From positions 64,001-128,000 of the forward strand of contig CAWJRJ010000014.1 of assembly GCA_963845245.1 (NCBI GenBank): 64,000 nt of DNA, given 5' to 3'. Origin of the DNA: Nitrospirota bacterium (lineage in GTDB: Bacteria > Nitrospirota > JACRHJ01). The notes beneath the pieces are model-generated. The model was not told the DNA's origin and ran no database searches. It worked only from the letters and a program-made list of their open reading frames with translations. The stretch's first letter is position 1, and each line of letters starts with the position of its first letter. The position numbers and the translations under genes are program-made. Positions 54,050-64,000 of the stretch are shown here, in pieces.

Positions 54050-55375
54050 ATGAGTATTGTCGTCGTAGGTCTCAGCCATAAGACAGCCTCCGTTGAGGTG
54101 AGGGAAAAACTTTCGTTCCCGGAGGCGAAACTGCCGGATGCGCTCAGTTGCATGGGCAAGTGCACCATGGTGAACGAGAACGTCATCCTCTCCACCTGTA
54201 ACAGGGTCGAGACCTATGCCTTGGTGAAGGACGTCGAAAAAGGCTCCGAGGTGTTGAAGGATTTCTATCTCGAATACCACGGCCTGAAAGACAATATATA
54301 CAGGGACAGCCTTTATGCCTACACTGGAAGGGAAGCGGTCCGCCACATATTCCGCGTCGCCGCCAGCCTCGATTCCATGGTCGTGGGCGAGCCCCAGATA
54401 CTGGGCCAGTTAAAAGACGCGTTCGACCACGCCCTTGCGAACAAGACTACCGGCGTGGTGATGAACCGTCTCATGAAGAAGACTATCTCGGTGGCGAAGA
54501 GGATACGCACCGAGACCAAGATAGCCGAGTCTGCGGTATCCATAAGCTTTGCCGCGGTCGAGCTTGCCAGGAAGATATTCGGCGACCTGGAAGGCAAGTC
54601 GGTAATGCTTGCCGGCGCCGGCGAGATGGCCGAGCTTGCGGCCAGACACCTGGTTAATAACGGCGTAAAGACGGTGCTGGTTGCAAACAGGACATTCGAG
54701 CGCGCGGAAACCCTTGCCGATGAATTTGGAGGCAGGGCCGTGAAATACGAAGACTTATCCGATGAGATGGTCCATGCCGACATACTGATAGCCTCGACCG
54801 GGGCCCAGCACTACATACTTACCCAGAAGGACATGGCCAAGGTCATAAAGGAGCGCAAGAACCGCCCCGTGTTCCTGATAGACATAGCCGTGCCCAGGAA
54901 CCTTGACCCGGACATAAACAAGATAGACAACGTATACCTTTACGACATCGACGACCTTCAGTCCGTGGTCGCGTCCAACATAAAAGAAAGGCAGAAGGAG
55001 GCGGAGCTTGCCGAGGAGATAGTGGAGGAGGAGATAAACACCTTCATGTCCTGGCTCCGCTCGATCGACGTCGTCCCGACCATCGTAGCAATACGAGACA
55101 AGGCCGAATCGATAAGGCAGGCCGAGCTCGAACGCTCGCTCTCGAAGATGGGCGAACTAAGCGAAAAGCAGAAGAAGCAGGTTGAGAGCCTGACCCAGGC
55201 GATAGTGAACAAGATACTGCATACGCCGCTGGTCGCACTGAAGCAGAGCGCGGGCGACCCGGAAGGAAGCAGCCATGTAGAGGCCGCGCGTGTGCTTTTC
55301 GACCTTGACCGTCAGGAACCGGACGAAGGCGCGGTCGAACCCGCCGGCCATGGTTCCGGGGCGGAAACCAGATAG
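54050..55375 (+). CDS. hemA: Glutamyl-tRNA reductase
   Basis: STCNRVE, GEPQILGQ, GAGEM, DIAVPR. Confidence 0.96.
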   Translation: MSIVVVGLSHKTASVEVREKLSFPEAKLPDALSCMGKCTMVNENVILSTCNRVETYALVKDVEKGSEVLKDFYLEYHGLKDNIYRDSLYAYTGREAVRHIFRVAASLDSMVVGEPQILGQLKDAFDHALANKTTGVVMNRLMKKTISVAKRIRTETKIAESAVSISFAAVELARKIFGDLEGKSVMLAGAGEMAELAARHLVNNGVKTVLVANRTFERAETLADEFGGRAVKYEDLSDEMVHADILIASTGAQHYILTQKDMAKVIKERKNRPVFLIDIAVPRNLDPDINKIDNVYLYDIDDLQSVVASNIKERQKEAELAEEIVEEEINTFMSWLRSIDVVPTIVAIRDKAESIRQAELERSLSKMGELSEKQKKQVESLTQAIVNKILHTPLVALKQSAGDPEGSSHVEAARVLFDLDRQEPDEGAVEPAGHGSGAETR

Positions 55376-55384
55376 GGGGATGAT

Positions 55385-56344
55385 TTGTCTAAGAGGGACA
55401 AAATTGTAATAGGTACGCGCGGCAGCCAGCTTGCACTCTGGCAGGCGGAATACGTACAGCGCGAGCTGATAAAGGCCTGTCCGGGTGTCGAGGTCACGCT
55501 CCAGAAGATAAAGACTACTGGCGACATGATACTAGACGTACCGCTTGCAAAGGTGGGCGGCAAGGGGCTCTTCGTCAAGGAGATCGAGGACGCAATGCTG
55601 AGGGGCGAGATCGACCTTGCCGTGCACAGCATGAAGGACGTACCGACCGTGCTCCCGGACAGTCTGCACCTGCGCTGCATGCCGAAGCGCGAGGACCCGA
55701 GCGACGCCTTCCTGTCAAAGGAGGCCAAAAGCTTTAAAGATCTGAAACAGGGCGGTACCGTCGGTACCAGCAGCCTTAGAAGGCAGTGCCAGCTCATGAG
55801 TGTGAGGCCGGACATAAAGATAGAACAGCTCCGCGGCAACCTCGATACCCGCATAAGGAAGATGGAGGAAGGGCAGTTCGATGCGATCATACTCGCCGCC
55901 GCCGGCATCAGGAGGCTGGGCTGGGGCGAGAAGATAAAAGAATACATAGACCCGGAGATGTGCATCCCGGCCATCGGCCAGGGTGCGATAGGCATCGAGT
56001 GCAGGGTGGACGACGCCTTCATGAACGAGACGCTATCGGTACTCCAGCACCAGGACACGTGGGATTGTGTGGTAGCCGAGCGGGCGCTTTTGAAAAGGCT
56101 CGAAGGCGGCTGTCAGGTACCCATCGCAGCGCATGCCCGGATCTTGCGGGAAAACGGCCGTGAGAAGCTGGTGCTGGTAGGCCTTGTCGGGAGTGTTTCC
56201 GGTGACCGTATTATCAGGGACAAAATAGAGACCACAGTGAAAGACGGCGAGAAAGCCGGTGTGGCGCTTGCCGAAACGCTTCTCTCTCGCGGTGCAGGCG
56301 AGATACTGAAAGAAGTTTACGGAAGGGATGTCACAGGTTATTAA
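55385..56344 (+). CDS. hemC: Hydroxymethylbilane synthase
   Basis: GTRGSQLA, VHSMKD, GTSSLRR, EGGCQVP. Confidence 0.96.
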   Translation: MSKRDKIVIGTRGSQLALWQAEYVQRELIKACPGVEVTLQKIKTTGDMILDVPLAKVGGKGLFVKEIEDAMLRGEIDLAVHSMKDVPTVLPDSLHLRCMPKREDPSDAFLSKEAKSFKDLKQGGTVGTSSLRRQCQLMSVRPDIKIEQLRGNLDTRIRKMEEGQFDAIILAAAGIRRLGWGEKIKEYIDPEMCIPAIGQGAIGIECRVDDAFMNETLSVLQHQDTWDCVVAERALLKRLEGGCQVPIAAHARILRENGREKLVLVGLVGSVSGDRIIRDKIETTVKDGEKAGVALAETLLSRGAGEILKEVYGRDVTGY

Positions 56345-56393
56345 AGAGCCGTGCTGGCGTTACACAAGGCCTTTTAATAGCAGGAGGAAAGTC

Positions 56394-57254
56394 ATGTCAG
56401 GAAAATCGGCCCTTTCTTTGTTAATCACATTATCTCTCTTCTTCGCCGGTTGCGCCGCGTCGAACACCGCCGGAAAACCGGAAGCGGAAAATGTCGATAA
56501 AGACAAGGCACAAACAGCCATCGAGGCAAAAGACTCCAAGGTAGAGGCAAAGGACAAATATACCAAAGGGCTGATGGCCATGAGCCACGGCAACATGGTA
56601 GATGCCGAAAAGTATTTCCTCGAGTCCATAAAGCTTGACCCCGACCACGTAAGCACGCACATGTTTCTGGCGCGGGCTTATGAAAAACAGAAAAAATATG
56701 AAGAGTCCGCCGATCAGTACGAAGCGGCTATGAAGTTAAAGCCTGAGGACCCGAACCCCTATGCCGGGCTTATAGGCATCTACCTTGAGAAGGGCCTTTC
56801 GGACAATGCGATCGCAACCGCCGAGAAAGCCGCCAAAAAGGGTATACCGATGAGTACGTACGCCGGGAACCTGGGCTGGGCGTATTATATGAAAGGCGAC
56901 CTTGTTAATGCGGAGAAATATTTAAAGGAAGCGAAAGAGCAAAGCAAGGACGAGTCCGTCCCGCGGAACAACCTTGGCCTGTTGTATTTCAGGCAAGGCC
57001 GTTATGAGGACGCCCTTGCCAATTTCAAGGAGGCTTCAGAGCTGAACAAGCAGAGTGTCGTGCTCCCATACTTTCTGGCCCTTACCTACAATAAGCTTGG
57101 CAAGGATGACGAAGTTGCAAATGCCTTGCGGGAGGGTTTGAAGAGGGACCCGGACATCGAGAGTAAAGTAAAGTCCTATAAGAGAAGATTTTTTGCAGAT
57201 GACCCCGGCGACCTTTCGGCCGTATTTAAGAAGCTTAAGGAAGAGAAGAACTGA
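56394..57254 (+). CDS. TPR lipoprotein
   Basis: Lipobox FAGC, TPR repeats. Confidence 0.85.
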   Translation: MSGKSALSLLITLSLFFAGCAASNTAGKPEAENVDKDKAQTAIEAKDSKVEAKDKYTKGLMAMSHGNMVDAEKYFLESIKLDPDHVSTHMFLARAYEKQKKYEESADQYEAAMKLKPEDPNPYAGLIGIYLEKGLSDNAIATAEKAAKKGIPMSTYAGNLGWAYYMKGDLVNAEKYLKEAKEQSKDESVPRNNLGLLYFRQGRYEDALANFKEASELNKQSVVLPYFLALTYNKLGKDDEVANALREGLKRDPDIESKVKSYKRRFFADDPGDLSAVFKKLKEEKN

Positions 57255-57260
57255 GGCACC

Positions 57261-58067
57261 TTGAGTTTAGATGTGGCAAAAAAGGGGCCTCTTGCAGGCA
57301 GGAAGGTGGTAGTTACCAGGACCGCGGAGCAGGCGGGCAGCTTTGTCTCGAAGTTGCGGGCAGAAGGCGCAGATGTAATCGAGTTCCCTACCATTGAGAC
57401 TGTCCCGCCCGAAAATTATTCAAGCATAGATTCTGCTATAGCACGCCTTCCTCGCTTTGATTACACTATCTTTACCAGCGCCAATGCGTTGAAATATTTT
57501 ATCTCACGGTTGGAAGAACTAGGGAGGCCGAGCAGCCTCCTGAGAGAAAGCCGGCTGATTGCGGTCGGGCCCAAGACGGCCCAGGAGATGGCGGCACGCG
57601 GACTGAAGCCGGATATTATACCTGAGGAATACAAGGCTGAAGGCGTCCTGGCGGCGCTTGAGGGCACCGACATCGCCGGCAAAAGTTTTCTTTACCCCAG
57701 GGCGCTTGAGGCAAGGGAACTGCTCCCTGAAAAATTGAGAGACAGGGGTGCCGAGGTCGTTGTGGCGGTTGCCTACCGTACCGTCGCTCCAAGGGTGGAG
57801 CGGGAATACCTTAAAGGTCTTTTTAGCGGGGGAGTATCCGCTATTACGTTTACAAGTTCTTCGACCGTCAAAAACTTTATGCTCATGGCGGGCGATGATG
57901 CGTCGGAGTTGTTGAAGGGGGTGTGCGTGGCCTGCATAGGCCCCGTGACAGCCAGAACATGTGAGGAGATGGGCGTGGGCGTCGACGTGATGCCGGGTGA
58001 TTATACCGTTGAAGCCCTCCTCCTCTCTTTAACCGGATATTTTGCAAGGAGAAAAGACAATGATTGA
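57261..58067 (+). CDS. hemD: Uroporphyrinogen-III synthase
   Basis: VVTR, FTSANA, VGPKT, FTSSSTV, IGPVT. Confidence 0.92.
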   Translation: MSLDVAKKGPLAGRKVVVTRTAEQAGSFVSKLRAEGADVIEFPTIETVPPENYSSIDSAIARLPRFDYTIFTSANALKYFISRLEELGRPSSLLRESRLIAVGPKTAQEMAARGLKPDIIPEEYKAEGVLAALEGTDIAGKSFLYPRALEARELLPEKLRDRGAEVVVAVAYRTVAPRVEREYLKGLFSGGVSAITFTSSSTVKNFMLMAGDDASELLKGVCVACIGPVTARTCEEMGVGVDVMPGDYTVEALLLSLTGYFARRKDND

Positions 58068-58407
58068 AGTAAGTGAAAAGGCGTTGGGTGAGTTTAAAAG
58101 GGTGCTTTCAGGTGAGGACAGGAAGGGCCTTGGAATAAAGATAAAGGCGTTCATGTCCGAGTCTTCCTGCTGCTCATGCGGCCCAAGCCAGAGCTATGAG
58201 ATGGACCTCGTAGAAAAAGGCGAGGCTGGCGACCTGTCTGTCGACAAGGGTGGGATTAACTTCTACATGGACCCGGCGAGCGCCGGTCTCATGGAGGGCT
58301 TCGAGATAGATTTCATCGACGACCACGGCTTCATCGTCAAAGACAACAACGCGGCGCCCTCATGCGGCTGTGGCGGCGGCGAAGGCGGCGGTTCCTGCTG
58401 CGGTTAG
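58060..58407 (+). CDS. HesB/IscA-like Fe-S carrier, Cys-rich
   Basis: IEVSEKA, SCCSCG, IDF, SCGCG...SCCG. Confidence 0.75.
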   Translation: MIEVSEKALGEFKRVLSGEDRKGLGIKIKAFMSESSCCSCGPSQSYEMDLVEKGEAGDLSVDKGGINFYMDPASAGLMEGFEIDFIDDHGFIVKDNNAAPSCGCGGGEGGGSCCG

Positions 58408-58421
58408 AAAAGGAGCCTATC

Positions 58422-58736
58422 ATGGCAGAGAAGACAAACCCTGATGCCCAGCCGGTAGGCCTCACGTTCGAGATAAGGCCTGATGTCGATGGAGGGGTGT
58501 ACTCGAACGTCGCGAGCATAGTGCATAACCCGAACGAGTTCATACTGGACTTTGCCGCCATACTGCCGGGCAAGGAATCGGCTACGGTGCGCGCAAGGGT
58601 GATAACCAGCCCGTCCCATGCCAAGCAGTTCCTTGCCGCCCTGGCCGAGAATATCGCAGGGTATGAGAGGAACTTCGGTGAGATAAAGATGCTTGTGCCT
58701 CCACCGGTCATAAAAGGCACGGAGACAATTCACTAG
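58422..58736 (+). CDS. DUF3467-family protein
   Basis: GVYSN, EFILDF, RVI.SP.HAK, YE..FGEI. Confidence 0.85.
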   Translation: MAEKTNPDAQPVGLTFEIRPDVDGGVYSNVASIVHNPNEFILDFAAILPGKESATVRARVITSPSHAKQFLAALAENIAGYERNFGEIKMLVPPPVIKGTETIH

Positions 58737-58757
58737 GCATAGAAGAAGGAGCCAAAC

Positions 58758-59732
58758 ATGTTTTTCCCTTCCTACCGCGCAAGACGCATGAGGTCCTCGG
58801 ACGCAATGAGGCGGATGGTCCGTGAGACCATTATTACGCCAGCGGACTTTGTATATCCGCTCTTCGTCACGCACGGAAAAGGCGTAAAAAAAGAGATATC
58901 GTCCATGCCCGGGAACTACCAGCAGTCGGTTGACAACATCGTCAAGGACTGCAAGGAGGTCAAGTCCCTGGGTATACCCTCCGTGCTCCTCTTCGGCATC
59001 CCTGAGAAAAAGGACGCAAAGGGAAGCGAGGCTTATGCGGATAACGGGATAGTACAGCAGGCCGTGAAGGCTATAAAAGACGCAGTCCCTGACCTACTCG
59101 TCATTACCGATGTTTGTCTTTGTGAGTACACCGACCATGGCCATTGCGGCATAGTTAAAGGTGACAAGATACTAAACGACCCGACTGTAGAACTGCTGTG
59201 CAAAGAGGCGCTTTCCCATGCCAGGGCTGGCGCCGACATAGTCGCCCCTTCCGACATGATGGACGGCAGGGTCGGAGCGATAAGGGAGGCCCTTGACGAG
59301 AAAGGCTTCGGCGACACGCCGATAATGTCCTACGCCGTCAAATACGCCTCATCCTTCTATGGGCCTTTCAGGGAGGCGGCGGAGTCAACTCCCGCCTTCG
59401 GCGACAGGAGGAGCCACCAGATGGACCCCGGCAATGCCCGCGAGGCCATGAGGGAGGCAGACCTTGATGTTGACGAAGGGGCGGATATATTAATGGTCAA
59501 ACCGGCGTTGCCGTACCTGGACATTATATACAGGCTCAGGGAGAACTACGACCTGCCTATCGCGGCCTATAACGTCTCCGGCGAGGTCTCCATGATTATT
59601 GCAGCGGAGAAGCTGGGATGGATGGACGGCCAGCGCGCTATGATGGAGTCGCTTACGTGCATCAAGAGGGCAGGGGCAGACATTATTATCACCTATTTTG
59701 CCAAGGAAGCGGCAAAGATCTTAAACAAGTAG
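58758..59732 (+). CDS. hemB: Porphobilinogen synthase (Zn type)
   Basis: [24 protein letters not shown]. Confidence 0.96.
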   Translation: MFFPSYRARRMRSSDAMRRMVRETIITPADFVYPLFVTHGKGVKKEISSMPGNYQQSVDNIVKDCKEVKSLGIPSVLLFGIPEKKDAKGSEAYADNGIVQQAVKAIKDAVPDLLVITDVCLCEYTDHGHCGIVKGDKILNDPTVELLCKEALSHARAGADIVAPSDMMDGRVGAIREALDEKGFGDTPIMSYAVKYASSFYGPFREAAESTPAFGDRRSHQMDPGNAREAMREADLDVDEGADILMVKPALPYLDIIYRLRENYDLPIAAYNVSGEVSMIIAAEKLGWMDGQRAMMESLTCIKRAGADIIITYFAKEAAKILNK

Positions 59733-59737
59733 CCTGA

Positions 59738-60484
59738 TTGCTTCGAATAGAAACCAACCTTGACGGTAAAAAGGTCAGGTATTACGAGGCCGGCAAGGGA
59801 GAGGCTGTCGTACTCCTGCACGGCGCGGGCGCGACAGCCCGACTCTGGCGGAAGCAGATGGGCCCTCTTTCAGGGCTATTTAGGGTCATTGCGCCTGACC
59901 TGCCGGGATTTGGCGGCACCGATGTCTTTCCGGAAACCAAAGACGTTAAGGGTTATGCCGGTTTTATTGCAGCATTCCTTGAGAATGCAGGAATATGCCG
60001 GGCCTCGCTCATCGGTAGTTCCATGGGCGGCTGGGTAGCATGCTGGTTCGCGTTGCTTTATCCCGAGAAAATCAACAAGCTGGTACTTGTATCGCCTGCC
60101 GGGGCATATCAGCCTGAGGACCCCCCGATGTCCATTCAACGCCTTCTGGAAGAGATAAGACTTTGGCATGGTTCTGCGGGGGTAGCTCAGAACGAGGGCG
60201 CTACGAATGAGCTTGAAAAGGGACTTGCTACGGTCAAACGACTGTACGAGAGCGGTGGGATGGAGCCTGATCTTGCAGGAAACCTGTCGAAGATAAAGGC
60301 TAATACACTTGTTATCTGGGGCGATGAAGACAGGGTCATACCCGTGTCCTATTCAGAGACTTTCAGTGTCGGCATAAAATACTCCAGGGTAGATATAATA
60401 AAGGGTGCAGGCCATCTCCCCTATGCGGAGAAGCCTGACATCTTTAATAAAATAGTGTCGGATTTTTTAAAGGAAGCGTCCTAG
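59738..60484 (+). CDS. Alpha/beta hydrolase
   Basis: LHG, DLPGFG, GSSMG, AGH. Confidence 0.88.
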   Translation: MLRIETNLDGKKVRYYEAGKGEAVVLLHGAGATARLWRKQMGPLSGLFRVIAPDLPGFGGTDVFPETKDVKGYAGFIAAFLENAGICRASLIGSSMGGWVACWFALLYPEKINKLVLVSPAGAYQPEDPPMSIQRLLEEIRLWHGSAGVAQNEGATNELEKGLATVKRLYESGGMEPDLAGNLSKIKANTLVIWGDEDRVIPVSYSETFSVGIKYSRVDIIKGAGHLPYAEKPDIFNKIVSDFLKEAS

Positions 60485-60494
60485 GAGCGTTCAG

Positions 60495-60878
60495 GTGATA
60501 AAAGTATTTTTGGTGGACGACAGCCCGATTGTCACTAACCTTGTCTCGGGTTATCTTAAAGGCCGCGGTTTCAGCGTGAGTACCTTTAACAGCCCGTTCG
60601 GCGTCATCAATAAATTAAAAGATGCAAGGCCGCATGTCATACTCATGGACCTGGGACTCCCGGGCCTGAGAGGGGATAAGCTCATAGACCTCTGCAAAAA
60701 AGAGAAGGAGACATGCGACTGCCGTATAATATTGTTCTCGTCCTCCGATGACCAGGAGATGAAAGACCTGGTGGATAAGGGCATCGCCCACGATTATTTT
60801 GTCAAGGGCGGCGCCTTGAAGGAGCTGGAAGACAAGATTATAGCGCAGGCAGGCACGGTGCAGGAGAAAAAGAAGTAA
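60495..60878 (+). CDS. Single-domain response regulator
   Basis: VDD, MDL.LP, FVK. Confidence 0.85.
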   Translation: MIKVFLVDDSPIVTNLVSGYLKGRGFSVSTFNSPFGVINKLKDARPHVILMDLGLPGLRGDKLIDLCKKEKETCDCRIILFSSSDDQEMKDLVDKGIAHDYFVKGGALKELEDKIIAQAGTVQEKKK

Positions 60879-61451
60879 GTGTCCATCCCGAAGATCATCC
60901 TCGCATCAGCCTCCCCCAGAAGGACAGAACTGCTTGGTCTCGCCGGCATAGATCATATTATCGATCCGGCCGACGTTGACGAATCCCTCCTTCCGGACGA
61001 GGATGCCGCCGAATACGCCAAAAGGATAGCCCTTGTCAAGGCTATAAAGACAGCTGAGAGGCATGCTTCCGGCCTGGTGCTTGGTGCTGACACCATAGTC
61101 GTTGTCGAGGGCGAGGTCCTGGGCAAGCCAGCTTCACGCGAAGATGCCGCCAGGATGCTCCAGCTTATTTCAGGGAGGGAGCATGAGGTCATAACCTCTA
61201 TCGCCCTGGTGGATGCACAGACCGGACGGAGCAAGGTAGGGCTTGAAGTCACGGAGGTCAAGGTGAAAGTTCTTACCGCAGACGATATCGAAGAGTATCT
61301 GGAGACCGGAGAGGCGTTCGACAAGGCCGGCGCATATGGCATTCAGGGCAGGGCCTCGGTGTTTGTCGAAGGTATACGGGGCTGTTTTTTCAACGTTGTC
61401 GGCCTGCCTCTTGCCAGGCTTGACAGGATGATCAAAGAATTTCAAACATGA
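60879..61451 (+). CDS. maf: Maf-family nucleotide pyrophosphatase
   Basis: LASASPRR, GADTIV, DKAGAYGIQ, NVVGLP. Confidence 0.92.
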   Translation: MSIPKIILASASPRRTELLGLAGIDHIIDPADVDESLLPDEDAAEYAKRIALVKAIKTAERHASGLVLGADTIVVVEGEVLGKPASREDAARMLQLISGREHEVITSIALVDAQTGRSKVGLEVTEVKVKVLTADDIEEYLETGEAFDKAGAYGIQGRASVFVEGIRGCFFNVVGLPLARLDRMIKEFQT

Positions 61452-62461
61452 ATGCCGCAGTATTTGGAATAACGCCCTTTGGCTGCACGATAGCCTGCAT
61501 GTTAATGGACGCAGGGGTTGATGTGGCTCTTATAGGGCCTGCCGCCAAGGTTGCCCAGGTCAAGCAGTCCGGTGTTACGGTCCGCCAGACCTGGGACGGT
61601 AAAGTAATTACCGCATACGTACCTGCCTTTGCAAGCCTTGATTTTGCCCCTGAGATTGCAATATTTGCAACAAAGACCCAGGATACCCTTGCTGCTGCAA
61701 CCGCAGCGTCACCATGGCTTTCCAACTCAATAATAGCCACGGTGCAATACGGGACAAAGATCGAGCAGCTCGTTGCCAGGGTATTACCCAGAGACAATAT
61801 CGTAACCTGTGTGCTTACCATGGGCGCGAACTGTCACCGTGCAGGAGACGTTACGCTCAACTTCAAGGGCGACATGGTCATAGGGAAGGCCTACGGCGCG
61901 ACGGATGAGAAGGTTGACAGGCTTATCGAAGTAATGGGCAGGATACTAACCGTCCACAAGGGCGCAAAAATCGCCCATTTCAACTGTACCAGGCTGTTGT
62001 TGAACCTTCCATATTGCATCCCGGCCATAATCGGAGAAAAGGTCCAAACCGCTTTTGCCGACATCGAAATATCGAAGGTGGCCATACTCCTGCTGCAGGA
62101 AGGGATAAAGGTGATTGAAGAGGCCGAGGTCCATATAGAAAACCTCCCGGATTTCAGCGAGGCTTCACTTAAGACTCTCCTCGCTGCCCCTCTCGACGAG
62201 GCGGCAGTCCATTTCGGCGAGCTTGTGAGGCTGATGAGCAAGACCCCTTGCGAAGGGCCGGTACTCGGTAGCATTGAGCACGGCGAAGTCTCTGAGATAG
62301 ATTACCAGAACGGCGAGGTTGTGAAGATTGCGGATGTCCTCGGTTTTCCAACACCACTGAATTCGCTAATGGTCGAGCTGGTACATGAGCTTGAAAACAC
62401 CAATAAATTCATTTCGAAACAACATTTCCTGTCCAAAGTTTCAGAACGCCTGCAGAAATAG
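61448..62461 (+). CDS. Divergent ketopantoate reductase-family protein
   Basis: ATK, QYG, EIDYQNG, TPLN, but with altered nucleotide-binding and catalytic motifs. Confidence 0.7.
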   Translation: MNAAVFGITPFGCTIACMLMDAGVDVALIGPAAKVAQVKQSGVTVRQTWDGKVITAYVPAFASLDFAPEIAIFATKTQDTLAAATAASPWLSNSIIATVQYGTKIEQLVARVLPRDNIVTCVLTMGANCHRAGDVTLNFKGDMVIGKAYGATDEKVDRLIEVMGRILTVHKGAKIAHFNCTRLLLNLPYCIPAIIGEKVQTAFADIEISKVAILLLQEGIKVIEEAEVHIENLPDFSEASLKTLLAAPLDEAAVHFGELVRLMSKTPCEGPVLGSIEHGEVSEIDYQNGEVVKIADVLGFPTPLNSLMVELVHELENTNKFISKQHFLSKVSERLQK

Positions 62462-62522
62462 GCAAACCGTCCTCTCTCAAACGAAATATCTGAACTCTTA
62501 CGGCATTAGCGGGTATTTTGGC

Positions 62523-63752
62523 TTAAAGGATGAAAACCTGCGCCAGCGCGACAACCAGCACAATCCCTTCCGGAATGAGCATTATCCGGAAAATGGGCCA
62601 CAGGTCTGATTTGAAGTAGTCCTTGGTAAGCACGAGGCAGAGGTGGACCGGAGAGAACATAAGTCCGGCAAAACCTGAGGCGAACGCGAAGGCGAGCATA
62701 GGCAGGTCCGGGTGCGCACCTCCGATAAGCGGCAGTATCATGGGGAAGGTTACGCCGACGAACGCGAGGGTGATCCCGGTTATCAGCCCGACGAGGAAGG
62801 GCAACAGGAATATTATCACCAGCACGGGCACGCCAGCCTGCTGAAAGAACTGCGGCAGGTGGTCGACCGCTCCGGACTTTGTCATCACTCCCCTGAATAT
62901 CTCGACGCCCAAAACAAGCAGAAGCGTCTTGTAAGAGAGGCTTTCTTTAAGGGTTTCCCTGATCTTTGCCACAGGATACCGAAAATAAAGAAATAATCCG
63001 GTTACCACGATAACCAGCGCAATGGCGATATCAACCTTCAGAAGCATTACGAGCAGCATGACTATAAGTATGGGACTGAAGCTGACAGCCGCGTTCAAAA
63101 AGTCGGCCTGCCTGCCCTTTCTAGAGGGTACTGCCTTGCCCGCACGGATATCCTTGAAGCCATAAAGTGCGCCAGTCACCAGGACGGTTGCAGGGAATGC
63201 AGCCTGGTACAGGAACAGCCGTCCCATCGGGACGTTCGTTATCGCGGCCATCATTATAAAACCCGGATAAAGCGGCGATATATACTCCCATATATGCCTG
63301 AACCAGTAGTTAATGAAACTCATACGTTCAGGTTTAATATGTGAGCCATCCGCAGAGGCCTCTACCATCGGTGCTGAGAAGAAAGCTCCGCCCGCCGAAG
63401 GCAGTATCCCGATAATGGCAGGCATGAGAGCCATGACTGCTCGCTGGTCGCCTATGAGGCCCTTGAATGATTCCACGAGTTTTTTTAGCGTCTCTGTCTT
63501 TCTGAGTATGTTTTCCAAGACCATTATCAGAGCCAGAGCGATTATCAGGGAGACGGCGGTCTTATCCATAGCCGCGTGCAGTGCAGTCCTCAGGATGTCA
63601 AGGGGGGCCAACCCCATCAGGAGGCCAAGTGCGGCCGCTCCGATAAGCATTACTCCGCCGAGGTTCCATTTTAGCTGTAAGAGCCGGATTATAAGGATGA
63701 ATACGAGGAGTATCTTGATGAGGTCAAACAACGTCAGGCCTCTCCAGGTCAT
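62523..63752 (-). CDS. DUF401-family membrane protein
   Basis: GILP.AGGA.FSAP, NYWFRH.WE..PLYP, SPVHLC. Confidence 0.82.
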   Translation of the reverse strand: MTWRGLTLFDLIKILLVFILIIRLLQLKWNLGGVMLIGAAALGLLMGLAPLDILRTALHAAMDKTAVSLIIALALIMVLENILRKTETLKKLVESFKGLIGDQRAVMALMPAIIGILPSAGGAFFSAPMVEASADGSHIKPERMSFINYWFRHIWEYISPLYPGFIMMAAITNVPMGRLFLYQAAFPATVLVTGALYGFKDIRAGKAVPSRKGRQADFLNAAVSFSPILIVMLLVMLLKVDIAIALVIVVTGLFLYFRYPVAKIRETLKESLSYKTLLLVLGVEIFRGVMTKSGAVDHLPQFFQQAGVPVLVIIFLLPFLVGLITGITLAFVGVTFPMILPLIGGAHPDLPMLAFAFASGFAGLMFSPVHLCLVLTKDYFKSDLWPIFRIMLIPEGIVLVVALAQVFIL

Positions 63753-64000
63753 GGAACTGCACGACCTGGTCCTTTCCGAGCCTCTTTGCCTTATACAGGG
63801 CCTTGTCAGCCCTCTTTATGAGGTCAAGCCTTTTTGTGGCGTCTTTTGGGTATTCAGCCACGCCGACGCTGATGGTGAGGGGCGCTTTTTTGCGCATGAG
63901 AGAGGCGGACTTTATCTTGACCTGCTTCCGTATGCGTTGCGCCATCAGGGACGCCTGCTCAGACGCGACCCTTGGAAGTATGACTGCGAACTCTTCCCCG
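63724..64000 (-). CDS. GGDEF-domain protein, C-terminal part (runs off the window)
   Basis: GEEFAVILP, TISVGVA, ADKALYKAK..GKD. Confidence 0.85.
   Translation of the reverse strand, partial: GEEFAVILPRVASEQASLMAQRIRKQVKIKSASLMRKKAPLTISVGVAEYPKDATKRLDLIKRADKALYKAKRLGKDQVVQFHDLERPDVV

Overview
Bacterial chromosomal segment. Gene order (ccsA-hemA-hemC, tRNA-Ile2-nif3-zinc ribbon-rnhA-rnpB) and the multiheme cytochrome suggest a Desulfobacterota/Nitrospirota-like anaerobe; this is inference. About ten genes carry single-base frameshifts, most likely long-read indel errors. Left flank (1-7.0 kb): two tandem NmrA paralogs, a Type IIG restriction-modification gene with an AT-rich specificity segment, a secreted hydrolase, a SixA-like gene and REP-like palindromes. 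Main result (7.05-30.07 kb): a tandem array of integrase-less islands in the 3' end of tRNA-Gln(CTG). The 23-bp tRNA end recurs at 7054, 17045 and 29999. A 179-bp left end is about 96% identical between the two islands, and the ends carry TTGCGAAAG repeats and IHF-consensus sites. Island A (about 10 kb) carries a CpxAR-like system with two perfect CpxR boxes, unrecognised repeat-domain periplasmic proteins and a MacAB-TolC pump. Island B (about 13 kb) carries acs-pdhA-pdhB-E2-ACP without E3, a truncated FBP aldolase/phosphatase start and an N-type ATPase operon. To the right are gltX, tRNA-Ile2 and rnpB. They are followed by a sulfur/selenium locus with divergent sigma-54 promoters (two YeeE/YedE transporters, a desulfurase, an orphan PhnD-like binding protein, a heme-motif beta-propeller), metal-uptake-like genes, an 8-10 heme cytochrome, PhoH2, a ccsA-hem operon and housekeeping genes.
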